Below, piece by piece: positions 1-10,600 of a stretch of DNA of 64,000 bases. The position numbers and the translations under genes are program-made. Within the stretch, counting starts at the first letter, position 1. Every line of letters begins with the position of its first letter. The DNA comes from a virus, in IMG/VR virus record IMGVR_UViG_3300003322_000872, positions 612-64,611 of that record, one strand, 5' to 3'. The notes below the pieces were generated by a model. It made no database searches and was not told the DNA's origin. It worked only from the letters and a program-made list of their open reading frames with translations.

Positions 1-3000
1 GCGTAGTAAGTCAGATTGTTGTTGCGTGACCAATAGTCCCAGAAGGCTTTCCCAGCAAAAGCCAGAGGCAACAGATTGTCGGAGCCACACATAATACCGC
101 AGGGCTTGTTGACCTCAATAACATCTCCAACCGACGCAGAGAAGCTACCAGATGTTGCAGTTGCAGCCGATACCTGAACAACGCCATTCTTGGTGATAAC
201 GGTATCGATTTCAGTAGTGGCGTAGTAGACAGTGGCAGCATTCGTATTCCAGACCACCATTGGACCAAGAATAGCATTTGATAACTTATCTATCAGCCTA
301 TCACTAACACCCAGCGGTTTTGTAGCATCGTCAGTTAGCTTAGCAGCCGAGGTTACCGGCCCAGCAACAGAAGTGAAATTCCCGGAAGCATCTTGATGGG
401 CAATCCAGTAGTAATAGACAGTGCCCGCCGTAAGGTTATCATCGATGTAATAACCAGCTGTAACCTTCTTGAATGGAGTCGTCGTGCCCGGCACTGGCGT
501 AGTGTTAACAGTGTTGCGGTAGACGGCGGTGGCCGCATAGTCCGGATATGTCAGGTTATCGACATCGGTCCAATCCACCTTATTGCGCTTAGTATTGGCA
601 GCGATCGACAGACCCGACGGCGTCGGGATAGTATTGCCCTTCTTGGATCGGGTATACGCTACGGCTGAGGTATAAGAACCAACCTTGTAAAAGGTATTTA
701 TTGCAGCTACTTGATAATTATACGACTGTCCAGTCTTTACCTCCACAGAAATAGAAGTTCCATCGGCAGGAAACTCCCGAACTTTACCATTTGAGACTTG
801 GGTAACCTTCAGGATGTAGCCTTTAACAGGTACTCCGGCAGCTGGCGCAGTCCAAGAAACATCTGTGTGTGCCTGAACAGTGCCATCGGTAAGGACCTCG
901 ATGATGCCTGCGCCGACTGTTAAACCAGTTGGTGTATTCGGGGGTGTCGGGTCCGTCTTGCCGTCAACAATACCACCATCCTTAACCAGCTTCGACGCCT
1001 CAGGACGGCAGAACATATGGGACCAAAATACAGTTCCGGCCGTCTGGGTATAGATGTAGGGCTCCAACCTTCCCCAAACAATCGTCGAGGTAGATGGAAC
1101 GACTAGAGTGTCACCGTATTCGACCCAAGACGTTGTCAACGAACTATAGAAGTTTAGATCAACAGTCGTGATTTCTGTAAGACTTGCATCACAGAAGCTA
1201 AGACGATAACCCGCAGCGGCTGCAGCCAACGAGCTATCCTTCTTCATCATACCGCCAATATAGTATTCTTCACCAGCACGAACTGGGAATAACAATGTAT
1301 TGCGATTTGTATAGGACGACCCCCCGGTGCCGGCGCGCTTCATAACATAAGTGCCACGGTAAGCGTTCACAGCGTCGCTAACAATGGTCGAAGGGTCAGA
1401 AAAGCCAACATTAGGACCAAGGCTGAGGTCGCTATTTGCGGCCATGGCCGAAGGATCATTTATATCTTGATCACTAAGGCTGACATACTTGGCATACCCA
1501 CTAACCGGTCCAGCTATAGCTGTGAAATTACCAGAAGCATCCTTATGCGCAACCCAGTAATAATACGTTGTCAATGGAACCAGGTTCTCATCCAAGAACC
1601 GGCCAGACTTTGTCTTTTTATAGGGAGCGGTCACTCCGGGTGTGGGAGTCGTATTGACTGTGTTACGATAGACGAACGTGGTGTCGTAGTCCGGATAAGT
1701 ATCCGAATCAACATCGACCCAATCGATAAGATTAGTCTTCATCCCAGTCGAGATCGTAAGTCCCGATGGGGTGGGAATCGTGGTAGAAGCCTTCTTTACC
1801 AGAGTTAGCTGGACCGATGCTGATGCCGCGCTAAGTTGCTTCGAGAACGATGATGCCTGACAAGTTACGGTGTATTGTACACCAACCTCTCCTGGTATTT
1901 GGAACTTACCGTTCAACGAATGCTTGGTTACAGCTGGATTACTAGCATTGTCTGTGATGGTGAAGATGAAATCAGTCTTGGCCGAATACCCAGCTACCGA
2001 AATCGATCCTTTAAGATAGGTTTTTACCGGGCCGTCCCGATCGGTTTTTTGATACTGGCTAAGCGTGATCGTACCAGGAGTCGCGGGCGGTGTAGCATCG
2101 GTCGCCGCTTCCGTAACGGAGCCTGTTCCAAGGTCGCTTGAGCCGATAAGGGCTCCAGCACTGGATACAGGACCAGCGACAGCTGTGAAATTACCAGAAC
2201 TATCCTTATGAGCAACCCAATAGAAATAGGTCGTTGTCCCTGTATTCTGATCGACGAGCTTACCGGACTTGGTCTTTTTATAAGGTGTCGTTGAACCTGG
2301 CGTCGGTGTCGTATTAACCGTATTGCGATAGACAAAGGTCGTTTCGTAATCTGGATAAGTATCCGAGTCAACGTCTGTCCAATCCACCACATTATTTTTG
2401 ATACCAGACGTGATCGCCAATCCAGCCGGGGTGGGAATATCTGTGGACGCCTTCTTAACCGGAGTAAGCGGCGTGCTTGCGGACGCAGCGCTAAAGACAC
2501 CAGCAAAAGAGATCGCCTGTGCTGTTACTGTATAGGTCGTACCAACTTCGGCTGGGAACTGGAACTTACCGTTGGTGCTATGGATTGGGTAGGTGGCATT
2601 ACCCGCGTTATCAGCAACCAAGAACACATACCGCGTACGCGCCGAATACCCGCTCGTAGAGATCGAGCCCTTGATATAGGTGTGGATACCACCATGTTTA
2701 TCGCGTTTTTGATATTGCGCAAGTGTAATAGAGCCAGGAGTAGCGGGGGGATTGGTATCTGTGTCGTCCTCGACAATGCGGATCGTTGTACCCACGATCC
2801 CCCCGGTATTCGATGCCGGATACTTGGCCGACTCATTCCCTGACCGATCGACAAATGTGATCCAGTAATACCGCGTTGTGCCATTGCCCAGATTAGCATG
2901 CTCCATCCGCGTGCCAGTGATATCGTCTAGCAGCGTTGCGGTGGTAAAATCATTCGTCGCTGATGAATAGACATTGGTCTTTTTGTAATCGCTATCCGGG

Positions 3001-5927
3001 CTGGCCCCCCAGCGGATTACATTCTTGTCATGCCGTCCAACGACCGTGAGCGACGTCGGAGCTGTCGGTGTCGTTGCCTTCTTATTGGCAAGCAACGTTG
3101 CATTGGAGGTATAGTTACCAACTGTGCCGAGCGACGATACCGCTGCCACCGAAATAGAATAGTTTGTGCCGGATATGATACCCCGGATACGTTTGCGATG
3201 GGTTGTGGCCGTACCGTTACCAATGTCCTTGACCGTGTAATAATCAAAATCTACCCCGTCGTCCACACGGACAACGTAACTGACCTTCTTGTTCGCGAGG
3301 CCGGTAAATGTGACAACGTATTCCAACTCTACCTTGCCATCACCATTCAGGTAGGTGCGTTGGGCAAGGGTCGGAACTCCAGGAACTCCTGGTGCAGTGC
3401 CATCGGTATCTGCCTCGGTGATCGATTGTGTCGTGACGCTCAACCCAGCAGTATTTGATGCCGGATACTTCGCTGACTCATTCCCTGATCGATCGACAAA
3501 TGTAATCCAGTAGAAGTAAGTCGTCAGATTTGATTTATTACCGTCGCTCCAACCAGTACCATGCTTTTCATGGACTTGGGTAGCTGATGTAAAATCGTTC
3601 ACGGTCGCCCGGTAATACCGGGTCGTGAAATAGTCCTTATCCGGGGACTTATCATGGTCTAGGACAACGACCTTAAATCCACCGGACCCGGTTAGGGATG
3701 TCGGCGCGGTCGGAGCTATGGACTTTTTCGACACAGTGAGCGACGCCGAGGGCGACCAATCGCCTGCCTCGTTATCTCCATGCAAAGCCCGAACATAGAC
3801 TGTATAGGTTTTACCAGATGATACGTCGAATTTGTAGGTGTTATCAGGGCTGTGGCGATAGAACGTGTCGGTGCCATCATCGATCTTCAGCTGATATTCG
3901 ACCTTGCCAACAACATCGGTCCATGTAGCTTTCATGCGGAAATCGAGTGTGCCGTCATCCGCCAAATAGGAAGATGCCGACAGTGTTGGTGCGGCAGGCA
4001 CATCGACCACGAACATCGTAACCGTCTTCCATCCGGTCCAGTTCGCCTTACGGGAGGAGATTATTGGATCAGCAATAAAACGGATTTCATACGATTTATT
4101 AAATCGCAGGGCCGAGTGCGTTATTTTACGAGTGTTATCCTCGACGTTATGGAATACTCCGTGTGCGAATACGTCGGTCTTACCGGCGCGGCGCATTTCC
4201 CAACGGATTTGCTTAACATCGATATCGAACGCACCCCATGTCCAACTAACCGAGATTGCAGGCTTGTCACGACCATCACCACCGCCTTTGATGGTTGTAT
4301 CGACTTGGCTCGGCGTAACTGTGAAGTCACGATTATAGGGGCTGACAACTTGGTCGTCAAGTGGGCCGACCGATTGTTCCAACTCCATGGTTGTGTCCCA
4401 ATTGTAATCATCGGGATCAATCTCACGGAATGTAATAAACTGGTTACAATTGGGCAAATCTTCCTTCTGGATAATAACAAACTTCTTATTCACATACCCG
4501 TTGCGGTCCGAGTTCCAATTTATGACGTCGTAGACTTCGAGGATCGCAGTTTCGGGCGGAAATGTGGCTTGATGGATGCGCTGTTTGCGACTATCGCGGA
4601 CCGCCGCGCGCATAAGACGTTGGACTTGGTTACGCTCAGATACCATAGGGAATTCGAGAGGCACCGAATACTCATTGCCATCATCCTCGTCTATGTAGTC
4701 CTGTGCCCGATACACAGCAGCATCTTTGCTCTCCCAGCAGGCATTCGGTTCGGGATAAGTAGCATTGGCAGTATTGTAGGTGTCCTGAATAGATTTGAAC
4801 AGGTCATCGTTCTGTTCTTCCGATATCAGAATATCTTCATCAGTGAAGCTATAGACCGACGCACCTGGCCCGCCGACATACATCTTCCAGAAGCCACCAA
4901 ATTCGATTGTATAGCCAGAGCAAGAGTTATCGAATTCTTTGAGCGTATCCAGTGGCGGAATGTCCACAGACACTTCCGCACCAGCAGTATAACGTTTTAC
5001 AAAGCCTCCCGCGTTCAATGTTACATGCTCATCACACGTATTCATCGCCGCCATCCAAATATCAGATGGCATGGCTTCGGCCGGGGTGTCCTGGCCACCG
5101 TACATGTGTTTGTTGCCGTATTTAATCCCCATGACAACATTATACGCCATTACAGCCACGTTATCGGAGAACTCATAAGTGGATTGGTCACCACGACGAT
5201 GTGATCCCGAACCACCCGACACAGTGCTGTCTTTACGGATATCATATAGTGGGATACCTTCAACAACCCACTTAAACGTTGGGATACCAGACCAAACACC
5301 ATGAGTAGACGACCGCGCCCTTACGATAACATAGGCACAGCCCCGTCCAATCATGTCGGACGACCAAGGCTTTACAGGATCAGCACCAAAAGTGTCAATA
5401 AGCCACTGATCGGCTACTGTCTGGGTGCCATCATAGAATTTCGTCCAGAGATAATCCTGGTCATTCTGGTAGTATTGATCCGTTACAAAGAAACCATCAG
5501 CATCCGGACCATCACCAAACAAGTAATCGATGATCTTCCCGTTGACAACCTGCTTAGATGAATAGGCTGTGATTGGTAATTCCGATATCTCGATAACCAT
5601 AACGAGATATCGATTGTCCTCACCATAGGCATTCACATAATTTAACTTGCCGGAGGTCGCATATTTGCCTATCACGAATGACAACGGGTTATCGCCGCCG
5701 GTATCCATGCGTTGTTTGACACCCTGCGGCTTTGGCTCATCTGGCGCGAACAATTTTTGAAGCAGATAATTCGCACCGATGGATAGCGCTGTCCCCAAGA
5801 CGGCAGTGCCAAGCGTACCCAGCCCACCAACAAGACCCCCGATAAGAGGCGCAATCATCGGCATGGCCGCAGCCGGACCAGCCCACGAAAGGAACATTGC
5901 GGTAGTAGCGAATAGGATTTTCTTCAC
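1..5927 (-). CDS. Giant tail-tip/central-fibre (host-specificity J-like) protein with tandem FN3-like repeats and a CBM-like insert; 3' end lies outside the window
   Basis: GTG start at 5927 overlaps the TGA of the upstream ORF (GTGA). I translated the N-terminus (MKKILFATTAMFLSWAGPAAAMPMIAPLIGGLVGG...) and spot-checked the same frame as open at ~1560, ~1460 and 3-60, giving >=1975 codons. Absent from the ORF track, probably because it has no stop in the window. Position after TMP/Dit/hub genes fits a tail-tip protein. Confidence 0.85.
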   Translation of the reverse strand, partial: MKKILFATTAMFLSWAGPAAAMPMIAPLIGGLVGGLGTLGTAVLGTALSIGANYLLQKLFAPDEPKPQGVKQRMDTGGDNPLSFVIGKYATSGKLNYVNAYGEDNRYLVMVIEISELPITAYSSKQVVNGKIIDYLFGDGPDADGFFVTDQYYQNDQDYLWTKFYDGTQTVADQWLIDTFGADPVKPWSSDMIGRGCAYVIVRARSSTHGVWSGIPTFKWVVEGIPLYDIRKDSTVSGGSGSHRRGDQSTYEFSDNVAVMAYNVVMGIKYGNKHMYGGQDTPAEAMPSDIWMAAMNTCDEHVTLNAGGFVKRYTAGAEVSVDIPPLDTLKEFDNSCSGYTIEFGGFWKMYVGGPGASVYSFTDEDILISEEQNDDLFKSIQDTYNTANATYPEPNACWESKDAAVYRAQDYIDEDDGNEYSVPLEFPMVSERNQVQRLMRAAVRDSRKQRIHQATFPPETAILEVYDVINWNSDRNGYVNKKFVIIQKEDLPNCNQFITFREIDPDDYNWDTTMELEQSVGPLDDQVVSPYNRDFTVTPSQVDTTIKGGGDGRDKPAISVSWTWGAFDIDVKQIRWEMRRAGKTDVFAHGVFHNVEDNTRKITHSALRFNKSYEIRFIADPIISSRKANWTGWKTVTMFVVDVPAAPTLSASSYLADDGTLDFRMKATWTDVVGKVEYQLKIDDGTDTFYRHSPDNTYKFDVSSGKTYTVYVRALHGDNEAGDWSPSASLTVSKKSIAPTAPTSLTGSGGFKVVVLDHDKSPDKDYFTTRYYRATVNDFTSATQVHEKHGTGWSDGNKSNLTTYFYWITFVDRSGNESAKYPASNTAGLSVTTQSITEADTDGTAPGVPGVPTLAQRTYLNGDGKVELEYVVTFTGLANKKVSYVVRVDDGVDFDYYTVKDIGNGTATTHRKRIRGIISGTNYSISVAAVSSLGTVGNYTSNATLLANKKATTPTAPTSLTVVGRHDKNVIRWGASPDSDYKKTNVYSSATNDFTTATLLDDITGTRMEHANLGNGTTRYYWITFVDRSGNESAKYPASNTGGIVGTTIRIVEDDTDTNPPATPGSITLAQYQKRDKHGGIHTYIKGSISTSGYSARTRYVFLVADNAGNATYPIHSTNGKFQFPAEVGTTYTVTAQAISFAGVFSAASASTPLTPVKKASTDIPTPAGLAITSGIKNNVVDWTDVDSDTYPDYETTFVYRNTVNTTPTPGSTTPYKKTKSGKLVDQNTGTTTYFYWVAHKDSSGNFTAVAGPVSSAGALIGSSDLGTGSVTEAATDATPPATPGTITLSQYQKTDRDGPVKTYLKGSISVAGYSAKTDFIFTITDNASNPAVTKHSLNGKFQIPGEVGVQYTVTCQASSFSKQLSAASASVQLTLVKKASTTIPTPSGLTISTGMKTNLIDWVDVDSDTYPDYDTTFVYRNTVNTTPTPGVTAPYKKTKSGRFLDENLVPLTTYYYWVAHKDASGNFTAIAGPVSGYAKYVSLSDQDINDPSAMAANSDLSLGPNVGFSDPSTIVSDAVNAYRGTYVMKRAGTGGSSYTNRNTLLFPVRAGEEYYIGGMMKKDSSLAAAAAGYRLSFCDASLTEITTVDLNFYSSLTTSWVEYGDTLVVPSTSTIVWGRLEPYIYTQTAGTVFWSHMFCRPEASKLVKDGGIVDGKTDPTPPNTPTGLTVGAGIIEVLTDGTVQAHTDVSWTAPAAGVPVKGYILKVTQVSNGKVREFPADGTSISVEVKTGQSYNYQVAAINTFYKVGSYTSAVAYTRSKKGNTIPTPSGLSIAANTKRNKVDWTDVDNLTYPDYAATAVYRNTVNTTPVPGTTTPFKKVTAGYYIDDNLTAGTVYYYWIAHQDASGNFTSVAGPVTSAAKLTDDATKPLGVSDRLIDKLSNAILGPMVVWNTNAATVYYATTEIDTVITKNGVVQVSAATATSGSFSASVGDVIEVNKPCGIMCGSDNLLPLAFAGKAFWDYWSRNNNLTYY

Positions 5928-6361
5928 GGTGTACCGACCTTGAATATTGTGTGGGCCTTAGACAGGTTTACACTCCCCATTCCGCGAGTACCGGGGGAGG
6001 GCGAAAAAATCCTGTTCTTATAAATCACGCCGACGATATCCTCGTCACCGTATCTAAACGCTCCGAGATCACCAGAAAATCCTTTGCCCCACTCTGAGAC
6101 AGATGGAAACAGCGAGGAAATATAGTGCAGGGTATTCTCAAAGCCGTATTCATGAAGGATGGCCTTGGCCCCTTCTTCATCGGAGTAATGGCCTCGAAAT
6201 TGCGCTGCGAAATCGATGTGCGTAAAAGCCAATACAGCATCTGCACAATTAAGAGCGCAGTCGAACTTGCCCCACTCGCCGACTCGATCGGTTGCGGCGT
6301 TCATGTAATGGCTTAGCAGTATCTGCCAATTGGGATCACGAATTACTTTGGACGATACCAT
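5924..6361 (-). CDS. Tail-tip assembly protein, NlpC/P60-like (DUF6950-type)
   Basis: 145 aa; WGxFDCA...GDLG...GV motif; sits between the hub-like gene and the J-like gene. Confidence 0.65.
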   Translation of the reverse strand: MVSSKVIRDPNWQILLSHYMNAATDRVGEWGKFDCALNCADAVLAFTHIDFAAQFRGHYSDEEGAKAILHEYGFENTLHYISSLFPSVSEWGKGFSGDLGAFRYGDEDIVGVIYKNRIFSPSPGTRGMGSVNLSKAHTIFKVGTP

Positions 6362-7008
6362 TTCTCTGGCTTCTTTAGATGTTCATCGGCTGACTTTTCT
6401 TCTTCGCCCCAGAATATGCGCCAGATGCCCGAAACATCCAAGTAACGGCCAAATCGATCACCACTCCTGGTCTTAAGGAACTCGTCTGAATACTTTGCTC
6501 CGCCTATCTTGGTCATAAGGCGGGAATAGGAGGAGCATTCCAGCTCTACTGTACCTTCACCACCCGATTTTGGAACCTTGATTGGGGCTTTGTTGACAAA
6601 CCCAGCGAACAGGCAATAGGCCGGAGCTACAATATTGCCTGAGGCGGGATCGAACAATGCCCTGTGTATCTGCACATCCCCCCGTTTTGGATCATAGGTG
6701 CGGATGGCATTCACTACTGGGGCCGGAAGGCGCGAGAAGATAAGGCGGATGGATCGCGCTTCCAACTCGAGCTTTTGTGGGATGGAGGGAACCTTTAACG
6801 AGGGGACTGATTGATATGTCCTGGTCTTTACAGTAAAATCCTTTGGGTCCAAGAGCGGAATACCCTCAGTAAGATCGCCATTCCAGATATTTACTGCTTG
6901 TGTGGAGCCGTCGCCACGATCCTTCCCCTCAATGCGAAGCATATACCGAACCTCAAGCCGCCGCTGTTGTAGCGCAGCATAAGTATCAGTATCCACTGAC
7001 ATAACCAT
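6343..7008 (-). CDS. Tail-tip/hub protein
   Basis: ATG at 7008 overlaps the upstream TAA; RALFDP...LFAGFVNKAP...LECSS pattern typical of siphovirus tail-tip proteins; synteny. Confidence 0.6.
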   Translation of the reverse strand: MVMSVDTDTYAALQQRRLEVRYMLRIEGKDRGDGSTQAVNIWNGDLTEGIPLLDPKDFTVKTRTYQSVPSLKVPSIPQKLELEARSIRLIFSRLPAPVVNAIRTYDPKRGDVQIHRALFDPASGNIVAPAYCLFAGFVNKAPIKVPKSGGEGTVELECSSYSRLMTKIGGAKYSDEFLKTRSGDRFGRYLDVSGIWRIFWGEEEKSADEHLKKPEKWYRPK

Positions 7009-7676
7009 TAGATTACCTGCCGCCAATCAAAGCCAATGCCGGTTACAACCATACCTTGGCCAACGCCTTCGCGATAGCTCCCAGGTATAATTTTTACCTC
7101 TACACAGGGGTTGGCAAAGGTCAACACGTCATTTACAGCGGCACCGTTACGAATACGCGGCCGGACTTCGATCCAGTCTGTAACACCAAACCCATCAGCT
7201 ACTTCTTGATTAGACACTATTTGATGATAGGCCCGATGTACAGGATCAGTCCCGAAATCGAAATGGAAGAACACCCCACGTTGGAATTTAAATCCAACAG
7301 GAGCATTCTTAATTTGTATCCGGAGATTATCCGAAGAGATGTCATTGATCTTGATTGTTCCACCCATTCCATTCAGAATAGTCCCATCGGGATCATAGAA
7401 TGGGTAAGGCGCGCGGGGATCGCCAAGATAGAAAGAATTCTGACTTTCATCTAGCGAATTGATAAGAGCCTCCACTTCGGCGGCTTGCTGGAAAGTCATC
7501 ACTGTGGACTCTACCGAACCAGTCCAGGCACGTGGAGCGATATCGGCGACGATGATGTCGCCCGCCCCGGACGTGCTGATGTCTTGAAATCCAGTAAGCC
7601 GACGACGGTTACTTTCGATCATCAAACGATCAGATAGCTGGCTTTTATCCAGTGGGAAATTAAGAAGTCCTGCCAT
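7008..7676 (-). CDS. Distal tail protein (Dit)-like
   Basis: 222 aa directly downstream of the tape measure gene; IEVRPRIR motif. Confidence 0.6.
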   Translation of the reverse strand: MAGLLNFPLDKSQLSDRLMIESNRRRLTGFQDISTSGAGDIIVADIAPRAWTGSVESTVMTFQQAAEVEALINSLDESQNSFYLGDPRAPYPFYDPDGTILNGMGGTIKINDISSDNLRIQIKNAPVGFKFQRGVFFHFDFGTDPVHRAYHQIVSNQEVADGFGVTDWIEVRPRIRNGAAVNDVLTFANPCVEVKIIPGSYREGVGQGMVVTGIGFDWRQVI

Positions 7677-10600
7677 TTATCCTCTAGCCCATTTGTCATT
7701 CTTTATATCTCTCATCCGCTCTGGGAGAACTTCACGAGAGAAATGTCCCATACCTTGCTCTATCTGTTCATTGGTGTTCTTATGGATTTGTTCCAACAGT
7801 TCCTTATCGCGGACACCGTCCACACGAACATGGCTCTCGTAGGTGATATGGATATTGGTATTGCTCGGCGGACGATTGTCGTTGCCGTACGCCGAAATTC
7901 CAAGCCGCCCATTGCGACCTCGCATAAGTGGCATGATCGCTTCCGGCCCACGCTCACCCATAAGACCAATGCCGGATGCCATGGGGAACAAGGTCGGCCG
8001 GTCTACAACACCGCCAGTAGCGAAAGCCGTTACCTGACCATTGCTAAAGGCTGCACCGTTTGCGAACAATCCACCAAAGAGCGATCCAAAGATATTGCCA
8101 ATCCCAGAGCCGATGCTCTTGAACAAATTGCCAAGCGAAGATGTGAGTGTTCCGAGTAGACCTTGGGTTTGCTGTGGGACCTGTGCAGTCGTGGACGCGA
8201 GCGAGGTTGCCGAGCTAGCCACCGAACTCGTCGATGTTGTCAGTGCCTTACTCGTGTCCGTAGCGCTACTGGCAAGTTGACCAATATTGGTGTCGGTCTT
8301 CGCCGAGGTTGTAGACAACTTAGACAAGCTTTGATTAGCAGTCTGTGCTGCCGGAAGAAGATTGGTCTGTTGTCCAGCTGTCTGCGATCCCTGCAAATAC
8401 TGATTGGAATAATTAAGCCGGTTTGTGTACTGGCTCGCCCCCATCGGATTAGTCGCACTGTAGCCGGATGGACGCTCATATCCGAGCATTGCGTTATTGG
8501 CTTCGGTAACGTTCGTTGAGGACCGCAGCCGTGCCCATGACGCACTTTCCGAGGTGGCAAACTCATGATCCATAAAGGCGAGTTGGCCTTGCGGATTGGT
8601 CCGCCAATCTGCACCAACGAACCGTTGCATCGCAGGACCACGATCATTCCATTGAGCTAGACCCAACGCATTACCATTGTCTCCAACAATCCCAGGATTG
8701 AAGCTAGACTCAGCTTTGATATTCCCCATGATCGCGGAGATTTGATAGTTCGGGAGCCCCTGTGCCGCAAAATGCTGCCACACCAATTGCTCATTAGCCG
8801 ACAATCCGGCGGGCATGCCCGCAACAGTCGTTGTAGACAATTGGGAAGCTGTTCCATTTACAAGTTGTCCGGCTACATACTCCGGCCGTACTCCATTAAC
8901 AGCCGCAGCCGCCACTGGGTTATTTACAATTCCATTGTTCGTCAGGGTCGGCCGCACACCATTCGTAACAGCATTAGCCGCCGCCCCCGGCGCGGTCGGG
9001 AACATACCTGGCAATCCCCCGAGTCCTGGTACGGCACCATTAACGAACACAGTACCGGCAGTAACATTCATCGAAGCCGTAGTTTGTGCGCCAGCCAAAG
9101 CCGATAATGGCTTGCCACTAAACAAATCACTTATGGTCGGCAAGTTGGTGCCGAACAAGGCGTTCTTAATTGGATTGGCAATAGCGAGCTGGTTAAAGAA
9201 CTGGAGGAATTGCATCCCCATATTCTTGAGAGTATCCTTCCAGGACGATCCGACTGTTGTCATACCATTAACCAGCGTATCAACCATCGACGAGCCGGTT
9301 TGTTGCCACGACTGCCATGCCGCCTGCATCCGCTCATTCTCGAGCTTTGCCTGTGCAAGGGCTGCTGCATTATTCTTGATCGTTTGTGCATACTGTGAAT
9401 TCAGATCGATGCCCTTTTCGGTCATCGCCTGTTCAGCCTGCAAGATAGCCAAACCACGCGCGCGCTCTTCAGCCGAGGCATGGATAAGTTCACGCTCCCG
9501 AATCAACGTGTCCATCTGTTTGGACTGATCCTGAATCATCGTCTCGGCGGCTGTTATAGACTTAAGCCGCGCCATTTCCTCGCCCAATGCTTTAAGAGCA
9601 GCGGCCTGTTGCGGCGTTAGCGAAATATTCTGCGCCGCCGCCTGGTTAATAAGCTTCATCTGCTCTGCATAGACTGAGGCCTCATAACCAGTCATTTTTA
9701 ACTGCGTAGCAAGTGTCTGCTGTTCACGGATGTTATCCTGGGCCGACTTCACCAACGCTGTCAAAGCATCTGACATCTTTTGGGTATCGTCGGCGGCACC
9801 GGGGGTAGTCCCCGGTATGGTTGTGGTCGGCGTTGCTCCCGGTTTGGAAAGATCGCCTTTGTGGCCGAACATATCACCCAATGGGTCCGACGACATGATG
9901 TCCTTGATCCGCTTTTCGCGCTCATCCATCATGGTCTTGAGCTGTTCGAAATAAGGATTTTCCAAAGGTGGAAGTATATTCTCATCCAGATTTAGACGTT
10001 GTAAATTAACTCCTGGAATGTAGTTTGCAACAGCAATCATCTTGTCGATTGCAAAGCGGAATGCATTGATGAGGCTATTGAGGTTCTCGATGATAATATT
10101 CACCATCCCGATCATGGCTGCACCAATGATCGTGGGGAAATTTTGAACAACAGTCTTTACATCATCGAAAGCCGCTCGGAATGAATTGATGATCGTATTA
10201 CCAACTGTCTTGAGAATATCACCAACGTCGACCCCGATCGCTTTCTTGATCTCGTCCCGGAAATAATAGATCGCGGTAACAGCGAGGACAATACCCTCCA
10301 AGATCGCTGTGAAAGGATTTGACAACGTAAAGGTGATCATCGCGCTTGTGGCAGCGCCGATCGCCGACACGAATCCTTCGCCCATTAGGGTAACTATAGT
10401 CCCTAGCGACGTCGCCATCGCCGGACCGAAAGCGACAAGAAGCGCGGCACCAGCGGCGGTAGCGTATGGCGCGATCTTTTCCAAATTTTCGTTTATTAAC
10501 GAAATCACATTTACGACCTGTGTCGCTATGTCCACCACATTCTGTAACGCGGTAACAAACCCAGTACCGACAATCGTGACGAAACTTTGGAAAGCCGGAT

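Noticed and set aside
3852-5204. 450-aa plus-strand ORF (and similar long antisense ORFs such as 16446-17432, 8815-9528, 55273-56154)
   Set aside because: These are shadow frames opposite well-supported genes and have no motifs or RBS.
1-5927. TAG recoding as the reason no long minus-strand ORF is listed here
   Set aside because: The frame is open wherever I checked and most likely lacks a stop only because it runs off the window. TAG terminates several genes normally.
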